From Chara braunii (taxonomy: Eukaryota > Plantae > Charophyceae), in assembly GCA_003427395.1 (NCBI GenBank), contig BFEA01000042.1, positions 2,604,271 to 2,668,270 on the forward strand: a stretch of 64,000 nucleotides of DNA, in the 5' to 3' direction. The notes beneath the pieces are model-generated. The model saw nothing but the letters and a program-made list of their open reading frames with translations. It was not told where the DNA came from and ran no database searches. This document shows positions 37,594 to 51,425 of the stretch, piece after piece. Both the position numbers and the translations under genes were made by a program. The number at the start of each line of letters is the position of its first letter. The stretch's first letter is position 1.

Positions 37594-40500
37594 TGTCGTC
37601 CTGTGCCCGCATGTAACCACCTCGTGAAGATGTGGAGTCAGCAGCTTGTGCACACCATATTTCGCTATTTCACGCCCCTCTCTTTTGAGACCTCACCCCT
37701 TCGTCAGTGACAACGTCATCAAAGGCAATGCTTGTAATCCACGCTTGCCCAGCAAGCTGGCCCACTATTCTTCTCAGCAAGTGCGATAGATGACGCGCGT
37801 CCCGCGAAAAACTGTAGTGACGTCAACCGTACTCAGCGAGTTCGTACCTTTCCCACTCGCCCTGTCTCTTCTTTCATTGACTCTCTTCTAGCTCCCCCTG
37901 GCTGCCACGTATGGCCCGTGTACCGCGCGCGTCCCGATCACTCACTTCCCTCGTGCACTCGCACCGTGATTACTTAGCGAGTGAGCGAGAAGCTCTCCGA
38001 AACAGGTCACTCTGGCGAAAAACGCAAGAAGATACGGTACCTAATCACTTGCCGAGTGACAAAAAGGAAACTCCTGAGGCAGGTCACTCTGGCGCGGCAT
38101 TGAAACTCACCATGGCTTAACAGACACTAGATGCCTTGAGCGAGAGGAGGCAGCGACTGACGTCAACCATCTCTAACAAGGTCGTGCGCTGCTCATCCTT
38201 ACCGCTTCTCTCTCTCGTTGACCTCTGTTTTCTTCTCCGAGAGGTGCCACACCCTTGAGCACTACTGTCGTAACCGCCTCCCCGCATTGCCCCCTCTTGG
38301 CTACTCTCTCGCACTCCCTCTTCACCAAGGTGCGCCGCTTTGGCTTGCACACGTGCTGACTTCTGAGACCCTCCTTGTCGACCCCACCGTTTCTTCACAC
38401 CTTTACGCATGTCCCTTTCCCCTGTTTTGCTTCTCACCCGTCCCACGGCCTCTGGGCGTCAGCTGTCGTGAGTTGGCCTCGGGTCCCTCTTCCACCGGCT
38501 TCGCGGCTCGGTGATGCCTCCAGATCTTGCCTGGTCTATTCCAGGACCTGAGGTTTGTCTCCCGGTCTGCGTCACTCATCTCACTCTCCCCTCCTGAGTC
38601 TCTGTCCTGGTGGACCTGTTCTAGGTCCGCTGTGTCCATTGAGGTCTCGGTTTCGTGGTAAGCCACCGTTATCCTTGTCGTCACTCCGTCCCGTCTACAG
38701 CGTCGCTCCTCTCGGTCTCTCGCCTCCGAAATCGAGTCCTGCAGATTCGGGTTAGTCCGCATCTCCCCTTCTCTTGCTCCCTCCACGTTGATCTTCAGTA
38801 GCAGTTCATCTCCACCGTCATAGTTGAGTATAACCATGATCCAGGGCCCTTCCTCGGACACGGGCTTCCAACCGGCCTGGTGATACCAGTACCCACCCTA
38901 TAGCCATGCAGTGTCATAGTCGGGTTCTCCTCAGTAGCCAACACCAACGCTCAACCCGTACTATCCTACACGTGGGACTACCAAACAGACTAAGCCCCGA
39001 CTATCGAGAAATCTAGGCTTCAACGTGTATCACTGCTTGCATATGCAGAGCAGCGGCACCCCCTTCACTCGGGAGCCAAAACCATCCATCACAGAATAGC
39101 CACACTCCAACACTCTGAGCGGTAGTAGATAACTATCGCCCTTTTCCCTCGTCACTCCCCTTTTTCTTTTATAGGATTGTCCCCTGCTGCAATCCCTGCG
39201 CTCTAGTTGATGGACTCGAATTAGTCATTTTCAACTCTTTTTAGATCCTGAAACTTTAAAAGGTCCACGATAATAAAATAAATTGAGACTAAACAATTTA
39301 AGAGGTGCCCGAGTTCAGGACTCAACAGTCACAGCATCGACTTCCGTTTCCAGCCACCGAAAACCCTTCTCTAGCCAAAAAAAAAAAAAATAATCCACAG
39401 ACCTGACGCGACGGTCCCATAACGGGATATCGACGGATCTTCGACCCTCTTCAAATTGTATCATCGGCCTACCTCTATCAGGTGCTCGTGTCCGATGGCA
39501 AGGAGGGGGCTTATAACCCTCCTCAGGGGTGATAAGCCTCCAACCAATGCGGTCGCGGGTCGGCCCTCTTTTGGGGTTCTACCTCGAAGCGCCCGATCGG
39601 GTCTCCCGACCGTCGGCACAAAAATAACAGGCTCGATCAGTCAGGGCCGCAGACTGTAGCCACACTCGAAACTCTAACCGTTGAGCTTCCCACGAAGTAA
39701 CCAGAACGAAAGGAAAAACTGCAATTGAATCGGTCTGTTAATAAAGGTAATAATAATTATAATAATAATAATAATAACAACTACAAAAGGAAAAAGGTGG
39801 CGATTCCAATTTCCTTCGCGCCGCAGCTCTGTCTGAATAGTAGTAAAAAGTCCAAGCAGGTCCCGCTATATCAAGCCTCTAATACGGCCACAGATCCTAC
39901 TACGCGGAGCTTAGACGAGCAGACCTGGCACAAGGGATATTCAAAAGGCTAGGCCTGCCTAGGCCGCAATACCACCGTCTGAACTCGAAACCAGAGCCGT
40001 TGATCTGCCTACGACGTGCTGGGACCCAAAGAAAAAGGGAAATCCCCGCCTAAAAAACTGGTAAATCGGCAATAATATTTATAAATAACAATAATAATAA
40101 TAAAAGAGAAGGAGAAAACCCAGTCGATTCAGCAAACAACCGTCGCTGGATTATTCCGGATTAGAACAACGGTCGTCATCCTCGTGCTGACCAGGCATTC
40201 CGCCTTCTTTTCTTTTGTTTTATTTTCTTATTCTACCCCTACCCCTCTTATTCAAGTTTTTCCCGTGTACTTGACCCATAACTCTGTACAGGGATGTTCT
40301 ACTCGCAGTTGAAAAGACTGGGTCAGTCTTCCCACTTCCGCGTCCCAGGGTGAACCCGACGGCTACCACGGCCACAGGCCGGTTGTGCTCTGCTGTACAG
40401 CAGGGCGCCGAGCCTGCGTGGACCAATGGAAGTCCTTTGGCGCACCCCTTTTGCTGAGGGCTACGCCACCGGGACCTGTCCACGCCGAGAAACGATCCAG

Positions 40501-41736
40501 GTACCAGAGCAGGAAACTGGTACTATGAAGGGACTTGGCCAATAGGAGGGCCGGGACACCGTGCCCTCCGACAACGTGCGTGTCATTGCACGCGCCCAGA
40601 TCCCGATTGCGCACTGATGCGCGCAGGTCCTCCGCTTAAGCGCGTATTTAAACACTTACCTACGCCTGGCTATGGTGGCGAGTGTGTCCTTTCGCTCCTC
40701 CAGGTTTCCCTAATCTCCAGCCGCCCCTCCCGTGGTCCACCCAATTTGCGTTCCATAGGCTCCCTCGCTCCTCAACTTTCTCTACCGAGCTCCTCTCGTG
40801 CGCCTGCACGCGCGCAAGTGGGAACTCCTCCCTTGTGCGCCCGTTGTACGCCTGTCCAAAGTCCCCCCCCTTGAGCCCGGTTGGGCTTATATACTTTGGT
40901 GCCCTTCTTTCTTGGGGTGCCACAACCCTCGTCACGGTGTGCCCCGGGGCTGCCGACAAGTTCCTGTGCCCTGGCACCATGGCTTCCCCGAGCCTGTACC
41001 CGGGCCTGTTTGGGCCCCCGAAGGGTTTTCAGTGAAGGGGGCCTTTTTGTCAGGTACCGGGCCTTTTGGAGTGCCCTGGTACCAAGGCTCATTCCAAACC
41101 TAGTTCCCAAGCCTGCCCAAGCTCTCGTGGTCCCCACACAGAAAAGTACCGGGGCCTTGCCAATTTGCGTAGGGCCCAGACACGGATTTAATAATTCTAT
41201 GGCCCAAGGCCCTTTTTCCCAGCCTTAGGTCCGCAGATCCCCTTCAGCTTTTTACTCACGGCCCGAATGTCGAGGCCCCTAGAGCGCCCAAGCAACGTTT
41301 TCTCCTCTCTATTGATCCCATGATGAACTCCGGTGTCGACCGCTGCTTAGTTCGCCCGAGGGCTCGCCTTAGAGCTTAGCGCCCCCTTTTGACTGGTCCA
41401 TTGCCTGACATTTTTTCTATAAGTCACGGTCTGGCCTGTCCGTTCTTATCCTTGTCCCGGGTCTCTGGTGTTCTCTTCTACAATCGTCATGCTTTTATAC
41501 TTTGAGCGTGAATGTCCTTTCTCGTGTCCATAAAAGAATGCTCACTCATCCTTTGTGGTTCACTTTCTTCCTGACGCGTCGTCCCGGATACCCGCGACAT
41601 GAACCTGACATCACAATCCCTTGATGTCGGTCAGACCCCATCTGGTAAATTTGGTAAATTTGGTAAATCTGGCACCCTGCAACTGTTATCTTCAAGGGAG
41701 TGAAGGGCGGTGTAAGGCTGGAGCCGCCCGACAACA

Positions 41737-41755
41737 GGCCCCCCCCCCATTTTCG
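41737..41755 (-). promoter_or_regulatory. Putative polypurine tract of gypsy element 2, next to a candidate 3' LTR starting TGTTGT at 41736
   Basis: Minus strand reads AAAATGGGGGGGGGGCC-TGTTGTC just downstream of the integrase end. Confidence 0.55.
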
Positions 41756-41948
41756 ACGTCCCCGGCGAGCCATCTCGGTATATGAAGGAAAATAGAGAAG
41801 AAAGAAATGTTGACTCCTACCAATCAACCTAAGATTATGCTCACTACTTCCGTCAAGTTTTTTTCTCTCGTTTCTTTTTCTCGCTTCACTTTTTCTTAAT
41901 CATCTTCCTTTTGACCCCTAATCGTTTCTTGGCTTTTCGTCGCCTCTT

Positions 41949-43869
41949 CTAGCGGTAGTGTTTATCCTCGCCTGTGTTTATGACCATCGCACCTTTAATG
42001 ACCTCCATAACTTTAAGTTTCCTCTCTCGCCTCAGCGTGGCTGACTTTAAGGCCTTTGGTCTCGTTTCCTTTACGACTTTCCTCCAGCTGTTTCTGACGC
42101 CTAAGATTTTCTCTCGCCTCCTTTTCGTAGGTCTTTTGGAGGTTTTGCCTCTTTCGAAAGTGAATGACTTAGGCCCCTTTGTGTCTTCCATCGAGAGTTC
42201 TTTAGAACGTTCTTTAGTTTTCCTTCAACCTTCTCTTTCCCCTTGTCCTTCTTTAAGATAAAGTGGAACTTGTATCGCCTCTCCCCCGATTCCCTAAACA
42301 CCTTCAAGCGTGCACCAGACACGGGCTTTTTCCACACAGCTCCGTCTAGTTCCTCGAGCAAGTAAGCGCCCCATTCTAATCTCTTGGTTACGAGGTAGGG
42401 ATCCATCCACCGGTTCGCCAGTTTTCCTCACCACGTCCTTTCTAGAGCAGAATCGTAGAGTAAGACTAGGCTTCCAGTAGGTATACCCTCTCGTTTAACT
42501 CATAGGTTTTTATCCCATCTTTCCTTGTGCTTTCCCCTCTAGACTGTCAAATTTTCAATGCCTTCCAGGGTGCTATCCTCCAATTTTTCAGCTACTTGCC
42601 TAATTCTGGCTCATAGGAACTGCTCCCTAGTCGATACCCCTTCCACGTTAATCCTTATCCACGAGTCCATATGAAATTCTGTGGGTAAGGGACGTTGCCT
42701 CCTGAACCATAAGGTATAGGGGGGTTACCCAGTGGTTGCTCGGACAATAACGTTATCCGCTGACACCATGAATCTCAAATACTTTGACCACTTCTTATTT
42801 TTCCCCACACACCATTTGGCAAACACGTTTACTAGGGATTGATGTCCCCTTTCTACAGGGGCGTTAGTCTGAGGATGGTATGTTGTGGACAAGGATACTC
42901 GAATCCCTGCTTTTTGGAGCAAGGTTTCGACTTCCTTAGCCATGAACTCCGACCCCCTGTCCATGACGATCTTCCCGACATATCCATATCGAGTGATATA
43001 TTCTGTCAGATACTCGTTGACTACTTTCCCCAAATTCTAACGCAACGCCCACGCTTCTACGAAACCAGTTAGGTCGTCTCTGATATCCATGATATAATTC
43101 ATTCCTCCCTCACCCTTGGTCATCTTGACTAAGTCCCCGTGAGCTTTCTGTCTTACCGCGGTCGGGTAAGAAGGAAACAACGGTTCCTTGTATTTCACTA
43201 CCACTTTTTTTTTTACATTTCACGCATGTCTAGCCGTAAGACTCTACATCTCTATAGAAGTCATCCCACCAGTAGAGATTCCTAACCTTCTCAAAGGTCC
43301 CTTTTACTCTATGTCATCCAACGATCCCATCGTGAAGCTAAAAAATTATCTCCTTCTGTTCTTCCTCATCGCACACTACCCTCATCGGCATACCACTCTT
43401 AGGTGGTCTTTTAAAAAGGTGGTCTGCCTTAAGACAATACTGCTAAACCTTTTTTCTGAGTTTATCATCGACCTCATCTCTCCTAAGAGATATCGCCCTA
43501 TTTGGTGGTGCTTACCGGTATAGAGGTTCTCTAGGAACCGAGTGGCACCACTAGTACTAGGCTCTATCTTTACCGAGCCTATTTCCATCTGTAAAATTTT
43601 ATCGACCCCTCCAGATGATCTCAAGTCCCCTTCTTCTAGGGTGATCCGCGACAGTCCATCTGCCACTGCGTTCTTGGCCCCAGATATGCGCTCAACCACA
43701 TAGTCGAACATCCATATGTGCATAAGCCACCTGGTTATCGTAGGGTCTGTCAAAAAGAAATCATTTTATAATACAGCAACTACTATCGTAGGATGAACCC
43801 GCAAAACGAACCTTTGTTCGTAAATATAATGTCTGAAAACGTTCAAGCAATACAACACCCCAAGAACTT
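41949..43869 (-). pseudogene. Gypsy 2 RNase H C-terminal part and integrase
   Basis: TRWLMHIWMFDY...NAVADGLSR; VMDRGSEF; YHPQTNAPVERGH; GAYLLEELDG...VSGARLK. Confidence 0.9.
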
Positions 43870-44391
43870 TAACGGGAAAAATTCCCAGAATTAAATAATC
43901 ATTCTAGAGTGAAATTATAATCTAAATTTTAAATTTTCATTCCATCCTTAAAAATGTCATTTCAATTTGAAAAATTTTCATCTTACTTGCAAACTTTCAT
44001 TCCGAGAATACGGTATCCCTTCTTATTTGGACTGCATGCTAGAGATGGAATGAAAGTCTGGATGAGTTCATGAAATATTTTAATTGGACTGTCATTCTAA
44101 GTAAGGATTTTCAGTCATAAATAGGTTCATCCAATCTAAATTAGAAGATATTTGTTGTAGTAGAATGAAAATTTAATTAAAACATTTCATAAATTCGTCC
44201 TGACTTTCATTCCATCTTGAACAAATAGATGTAGTTGGAAAGGAAAACTCATATTTAGATGGAAACTTATCAAATAAAACTGGAAATTTTAGAATTGGAC
44301 TAGCATTGGAATTATAATTTATAAATATGAAGGATTTTTTTTTTATGGAATGTTTTTTCAACTTTCATTTCTCGTGGGAATTTTTCTGTTG
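43870..44391. mobile_element. 522-bp non-autonomous TIR element, copy 1 (2-bp TSD)
   Basis: TIR (T)AACGGGAAAAATTCCCA / TGGGAATTTTTCTGTTG; TSD TT; excision restores RH QFKKEVLG; paralog at 49047-49568. Confidence 0.88.
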
Positions 44392-45905
44392 TTCTTTCTT
44401 AAACTGTGAATAGTTTCTTTCGGTGGTGTTCAACGTTTTACTTTCGAATCTGAGGGGTCTCTCCTTTCCGCTAGAAACAAGGAATTCATGAAAAGTGGAC
44501 TGTTTTCGAAAAATCGACTTTACTGCTTTTTGCATGCAAAACTAGAAAAATATTACCTTTTTTGGAGACGAAAAGAAATCAGAAAAATAGTTAGACGAAA
44601 AAATAAAATAACTCAAACCGTAATAACATCCTTTCAACATTGTCAAATGCAAAGCAAATAAAATGTTTATTTTATAAAATGTTGGACACAATGTCATTTG
44701 TCATTTTAACATTTACAAAGCAGTTGAAGTGTGGCACTGTAGGTGTGTTGCACAGACAAGTCTTTTGTGCATTATTCGGTACTGACCCGTACTAAGCTAG
44801 AAAGGACTTCTTGAAAGGCCCCGTGCCAGTACTGTAGGTGGGGTGCATGGACAAACCTTCCCCACTCGTAGATTAGCTGCTTGAAAGGGCTTCTTAAATG
44901 AGGGGGCCAAAGGCGGAAGGGAGAGGGTCAATGGCGGACCTTCACAGTGAGGGGAAAAGCGAGGCCGAAGGGGGACAGTGGAGCCGGCAGAAGGAGAGTG
45001 GCCTGGACGAGGCGGAGGACGACGTTTTTTTTCCATCATTTTTGCGAAGTGAAAAATTTAAAAATAGAAAGATGTCTGTCGGTCCGCTTAGGTCACCTTG
45101 TTTGTCGGGCCAGCCTGGCTGTGCAAGGACCAAAGAAGGTCCCAAAAAAAAAAAAAAAAAAAAAAAACTTTGGAGAAAAAGTATATTATGCAAAAAAATC
45201 AACTAAACAACTTTTACCGCATAGTCACATCAAAATCCATTACCAAATTTAAAATATTAAATCAATTTATTTATTTATGTTTTCGGCCAGGCAAGTGGCC
45301 CTAGGCCTCTCTAATAATCTGACCGATAATATTATCGACCATATTTTCGCTACATTTGAAAACTACCACCTTCCCGCATACAATTCCGCCTTTCCCACTT
45401 CCCCCAAAAAACAAAAACAATTTAAAAACTCAAACAAAATGTACATTATGCAGCAAAATAAATTGAACAACTTTTGCCTCAAGTTCATATAAAAAATCTT
45501 TACCAAATTTAAAATTAAAAATAAAATTAAAAAATAAATTATTATTATTATTGTTCTGATTATTTTTGGCCCAGTCGGGCAAGTGGTTTCAGGCCACTCT
45601 GATAATATGACCGATAATATATATTTTTTTCTTTTTTTTTTAGTCAAAAAGCTGCCTTCTTCTCATCGGGGGACATCCATATATTTTTCTCTCAACTCAC
45701 ATATCTTTCTTTTTATCGTTCATATTTTTGTTATACACAAAAACAATTATTTTTCCACCTATAATTCCCTCGGTTCCCGCCCTCGTCCCATCCAAAACAA
45801 AAGTCCAAATAATCTGAGAAAAGTATTTTATGCAGAAAAATAAACTTAATAAAATTTTTCCATGAAGTCATATCAAAATTCTTTACCGAATTATATATGT
45901 ATATA

Positions 45906-46665
45906 CAGGGTTACCTGACGGAACGTTCGGGGGCCCCCGGGCTGACCCTCGTACGTTGGGGCGTTTGGGGTCCCGTTCGGGGGCCGAACACCTCCAGGTT
46001 TGGCCCCCGCCAAAAAATGTTTCGGGACCTAAAAATAAGTTTGTTTCTCTTAATTTTCTTTTGTGACTTCTCTATGATGTAACGTACACGTCTATAAATT
46101 TTGAAGCCATTCTGCTAAGCCAAAAAAACATTAAAAATCGTCAAGGATGGCGGGTTCAAAACGTGGTCGCCCACTCACTATGTTGTTTTTTTTCACTTTA
46201 TACTTTTTGTTTTCACTTTATTTCGGGGCCTACAAAAATTATTATTTTTTGAATTTTTTTTAATGAGTTATTGATTATGCAAACTACATATCTGTAAATT
46301 TTCATGGCATTTGTCAATGCCAAAAGATAATTAAAAATCGGCAAAGATGGCGGTGTCGAAAAGGTGCTGGCACACTCACTCATTTTAATTCTCTTTTTAT
46401 TTTTTCTTATTTTTATCATAGTGTTTATTTTCTGTATTTGATTTTTAATTCAAATTTGGTAATGAATTTGGATGTAGCGCCCAGACAAATGTTGTTAAGT
46501 TTATTTTTCTCCATAACATAGTTTTTTTCGGAATTTTATGAAACTTTTTTTTTTTTTTTTTTTGTCCGTGTTCGGCCCGAACGGCCGAACGCCTTCCGAA
46601 GGGGTCCCGTACGTTCGGACGTTCGGCTTCGGGCGTTCGGCCCGTCCCGAACGCCGGTAACCCTG
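45906..46665. mobile_element. hAT-like MITE
   Basis: TIR CAGGGTTACC / GGTAACCCTG; 8-bp TSD TGTATATA / CGTATATA; subterminal GTTCGG repeats. Confidence 0.85.
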
Positions 46666-48061
46666 CGTATATATATATATTTTAATTACTTTTGGTCCAG
46701 CCCGACAAGTGGTTCCGGGCCACTCTGATAATAAGACCGATAATATTATCAGTCGTTGTTTCGCTATATGTGAAAATAACCACCTTCCCGCCTACATTTC
46801 TCCCGTCACACTTCTTTTCCCCCACCAACACCTCATTTGCCCTTCCCCCCCGCCTTTCCCCTCAGCTAGAAGGAACAACCCTCGCCCGCCTCCATGCCCC
46901 GCCACCTCGTCCTGCCCTCTCTGCCTTTTCACCTCTCGCCTTGCATCCTTCCCTGCTCGTCTCCTCCCTTGTTCTCGCCACTTTCCCCATCCAGCTCCGC
47001 CTCCCGATCAATCGTACCCCCGCTTTCCACCCCGTTAACCTTTGAGTCGAGGATGGCGCAACATGACTCTCAGTAATAGAGGAAGGCTCACAAAAGCTGC
47101 AAGACGAGAAAGGCGGAGAGCTCTGGCCAAGATGCGTGGCAAAGGGGGAAGGCAGGGTGGACCTGGGGAAAGCGGGAGGCCGATGAAAGTGGGCGGCCAC
47201 ATATGGCAAAATTAAAATCAATAATATTCTCGATTTTATTCTTGCAATAGGCGAAAACGTAGCCAAGAACCCTTCCTCGTTTCTCCTCCTTCGTTCCCGC
47301 TGCTCTCCCTATCCGACTCAACTCCCCATCAACCAGGAAGTTACGGGCAATCGCACGGAAGCTTCGAGGTGTGACAGGCGGAGAGATCTCGACAGGATGC
47401 ATGGCGAACGGGGATCAGGGGGTGAACCTGGGGAAAGCGGGGGACAATGAAAGTGGGTTTTTTACGCATACTGCAAAAGTAAAATCGATAATATTATCAG
47501 TTTTAGTTTTGAAGTAGGAGAAAACGCAGCTTAGAACCTGTCCTTGTTTCTCCTCCCTCGCCTCTCTCCACATCTGGCTCTGCCTACACATCAACCAAGA
47601 AGTTATCGAAAGGCGCACGGAAGCAGTGAGGCGGGAAAGGCGGAGAGGTCTGAGCAAGACGTGTGGCAAAGGGGGAAGGTGTGGTGGACGTGCGGAAAGA
47701 GGGAGGATGATGAAAGTGAGTCGTTTACTCATACTGCAAAAATAAAATCAATAACATTATCGGTTGTATTTTTGCAGTAGGTGAAAACGCAACCAAGAAC
47801 CCGTCCTTGTTTCTCCTCCCTCGTTCCCACCACTCTCCCTATCTGGCGCCGCCTCCCCATCAACAAGGAAGTTACCGACAGACGTACGAAAGGCGGAGAG
47901 GCAGGAAAGGCGGAGAGGTCTGGGCAGGATGGATGGCGAAGGGGGAAGGCAGTGTGGACGTGGGGAATGTCGTTTACACATAGTATAAAAATAAACTGAT
48001 AATATTATCGTTTTATTTTTGCAGTAGGTGAAAACGCAACCGAGAACCCGTTTCGGATCAC

Positions 48062-48205
48062 CTTTGTTTTCTTCTTTTTTTCAAGCCAGTTGCTCAGCTA
48101 GGAGAGGTGATAAGAGCACCCCCTCCTAGCTGGCTTCCTGGTTGCTCCAGTCTATTGGCGGGGAGCTACACCTGCAGGAAAGCGGGTCCAAGAATACCCT
48201 CCATA
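48062..48205 (-). mobile_element. Short retroposed LINE/SINE tail fragment
   Basis: Minus strand GGACCCGCTTTCCTGCAGGTGTAGCTCCCGCCAATAGACTGGAGC...GCTCTTATCACCTCTCCTAGC plus an A-rich end. Confidence 0.7.
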
Positions 48206-49046
48206 CCTAATGCTCCTCTCTAATATATTCCCCCCACCGACGCTGCGTTTCCGCTTCACCCCCACCTTTGCCCTTAGCCGGAAGGAACCCCCCTTGCCCG
48301 CCTCCACGCCCCATCACCTCGCCCTGCCCTCTCTTCCTTTCCCCCAGCTCGCCTTGCAACCTTCCCCACTCATAGATTGGCTACTTGAAAGGGTTTCTTG
48401 ATTGAGGGGGGGGAAGGCAGAAAGGGGGGAATCGAAGGCAAACATTCATGGTGAGGGGAGAGGTGGGGTGAAGGGGGACAGCGAAGCTAATGGGGGGAGA
48501 GCGGCAGGGACGGGGCGATAGGAGGGTGCACGTCTTTTTTCCCTTCATTTTTGCAAAATGTGAAAATAAGATCAATAATATTATTGGTATATATGAAAAT
48601 GATGGCCTTCCCGCCTACATTTCCCTCATCCCCCGCTCTTTCCGAACCGACGCCGCCTCCCCCATTCACCACGTGTCCTGCGCAAACCTCTTCGCCTTTC
48701 CTGCCTAGCAGCTCCCAATGGCATGTGCCTTTTTGTAACTTCCTGGGTGATAGGGACGTGGAGCCAGATCGGAAGAGCGACGGGAAAGCGAGAGGAGAAG
48801 CGCGGAAGGGTTTTGTGTTGTGCTTTCGCCTTCTCCAAAAATAAAACTGATAATATTATCGGTTTTATTTTTGCGCAACGCAAAAACAGACCACAGAACC
48901 CGTTTTCGCTTTTCCTCCCTCTTTCTAGCCTTCCCCCTTTGTCCTGCCTAGACCTCTCCGCCTTTCCCGCCTAACAGCTTCCGTGCGCCTTCGTGTAATT
49001 TCTTTGTCCTGCCTGTTTCCACCTGTGTGCCAACGGAAAAGTACCA

Positions 49047-49568
49047 CAACGGAAAAATTTCCTAGAATTAAATAATAATTCTATAGTAAAATTACAATCT
49101 AAATTTTAAATTTTCATTCCATCTTAAAAAATGACATTCCAATTTTGAAATTTTTCATCTTACTTCCAAACTTTCATTCCAAGAATAGGGTATCTCTTCT
49201 TATTTGAACTGCATGCTAGAGATGGAATGGAAGTCTGGATGAATTCATGAAATATTTTAATTGGATTGTCATTCTAAGTAAGGATTTTCAATCATAAATA
49301 GGTTAATCCAATATAAATAAGAAGATATTTGTTGTAGCAGAATGAAAATTTAATTAAAACATTCCATAAACCCATCCACACTTTCATTCCATCTTGAACA
49401 AATAGATGTGGTTGGAAGGGAAAACTCATATTTAGATGGGAAGTTATCAAATAAAACTGAAAATTCTACAATTAGACGAACATTGGAATGATAATTGATA
49501 AATATGAAGGATTTTTTTTTTATGGAATGTTTTTTCAACTTTCATTTATCGTGGGAATTTTTCTGTTG
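49047..49568. mobile_element. 522-bp non-autonomous TIR element, copy 2
   Basis: CAACGGAAAAATTTCC...GGAATTTTTCTGTTG; TSD CA; colinear with 43870-44391. Confidence 0.88.
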
Positions 49569-50574
49569 CACGCCCCCAACTGATCGACGACTGCTGCCAT
49601 TGGACTTGTTCGTTGCTGGTTAGAAACTCGAACCGATAATGTTATCGGTCCGGTTTTGTACGTTTGGCAAAACCAGACAGATAAAGTTATTGGTCCGGTT
49701 TTGCCTACAGACAAAACCAGACCAAAAATTTTATCGGTCCAGTTCTACTAAACTTACTAAACCGGACCAATAAAATTATCGGTCCTGTTTGGAACAACAG
49801 GCAGGGGGCCGCCGACCGACAAGCAACCAGCGGGTCAAGCCACATAATTTATAAGCATCAACTTTGGCGATTTTTCAGGCCCTGAATACGTCACAGAAAA
49901 AAAATAAAAATTTAGAATATGATAGATTTGGTCGTGATCTTTCCACGAAAAATATCAAAAAATAAATAAAAATAAAAAAAATTATGAAATAATCGATGCG
50001 CTGAATCGGCGCATTCTCCATTTTTGCAATTGCGCCACCTATAGGTAAGGGAAAGTGCCCTAACTTTCAGTGAATTCTTGCTTTCAGACCAATGCAAAAC
50101 CAAATCTGAAAATTGATGCCCTGCTATATTAGACCGTTATCATTTTAGAAAAAAATATAAAAAAATGAAAAAAAAACTTTTGATTGCCGCGCCGATTCGG
50201 CCTATTTTTCATTTTTTCCATGATGCTGCCTGCATGCCAACCGAAAATTCCCCCCCTCAAAACAAAAAAAACATAAGTACCCCAACTGCATCAATTTTTC
50301 ATGTTTAAAATAATGCAAAGAAAAATCTGAAACGTTTTGTCCCCATCGACTAGGTTGTGATCTTCTCAGGAAAAATATCAAAAAAATAAAAATAATAAAA
50401 CTGACCGCAAAATAAATCATTGCACTTTTGCTGCTAAGCCGGCTCTCCACCCAGTTCTACTGGTAGCCCACAGCATCGTGTGCTACGTGCTCCCCCGATT
50501 TTTCAACGTCGGGGGGATTGGTAACCAGACCGATAATTTTATCGGTCCGATTTTCAAACTAACTGCTATTCAGT

Positions 50575-51425
50575 CTCCCTTCCTGCTCGCCTGCCTGCCA
50601 GCCTGCCCACTGGCCCGCCCGTCTGCCCACCTGCCTGCCTGTCACCTGCCTGCCTGCTTGCCCACCGGCCCGCCCGCCTGCTTGCCCGCGTGCTCAATGA
50701 CCTGCTTGCCTGCCGGTCTGCCCGCCTGCTTGCCCATCTGCCTGCCGACCGGCATAATTGGTAGAAAGAGCCCACGCCAAAATCTTTTTAGTTTTTGCCT
50801 CCCAAAGTTCAGTCGTTTGGTACTACCGGCCCAAATGTCTTCAGCCCGGGTGAAAGGCGCCTTCGCTTCGTTGCCATAGCTCCCTTGGCCTGTATTTACC
50901 TGTTGATTAATTTTGCTCTGTTTTTGCGTCAGATTCATGAATCGGTAGGGCCCTTCTTTTTCAAAATACGGTACGTGGGCCTCATTCTATCCTTCAGCGG
51001 TACCACCCTCGGCCTCTTCTACATCAAAATGAATCTGGTGCTGTTTATGCGTCAGATTCATGATTTCGTAGGACCCTTGGAGCGAAGCATGGGCCTGTAG
51101 TACCCCAGATGGAAGACATTGGGCCGGTAGTACCAAGCAGCTGAACTTTGGGCGGGCAAATCAGAAAAGGACGCCTTCTACCAATTATCCCCTGCCAGCC
51201 GCCCCAGCAGCCTTCCTGGCTGACACCTGTCTGTCAGTCAGTCTGCCTTCCCACCTGCCTGCCCACCCGCCTGCCTGCCTGCTTTGCCTGCCTACCTTGC
51301 CTACGTGCTTGCCTAACTGCATGCCTGCCCACCTGCCTTCCCACCCGCCTGCCTGCCTGCTTTTCCTGTCTGCCTTGCCTGTGTGCCTGCCTAACTGCAT
51401 GCGTGCCTACCGGCCTACCTTCATG
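50575..51425. repeat. (CCTG)n-like degenerate satellite interrupted by a MITE
   Basis: GCCTGCCTGCC runs at 50575-50750 and 51190-51425. Confidence 0.8.
50754..51188. mobile_element. MITE with long imperfect TIRs
   Basis: ATAATTGGTAGAA...CCCAAAGTTCAG..TTGGTACTACCGGCCCAA / TTGGGCCGGTAGTACCAA..CTGAACTTTGGG...TTCTACCAATTAT. Confidence 0.75.

Noticed and set aside
38403-38861. 152-aa acidic ORF on the minus strand
   Set aside because: No motif or paralogy with the accessory array; cannot be supported as a gene.
40200-41736. Full 3' LTR of gypsy 2
   Set aside because: The PPT-adjacent edge is plausible, but there is no second copy in the window to define the other boundary or a TSD.
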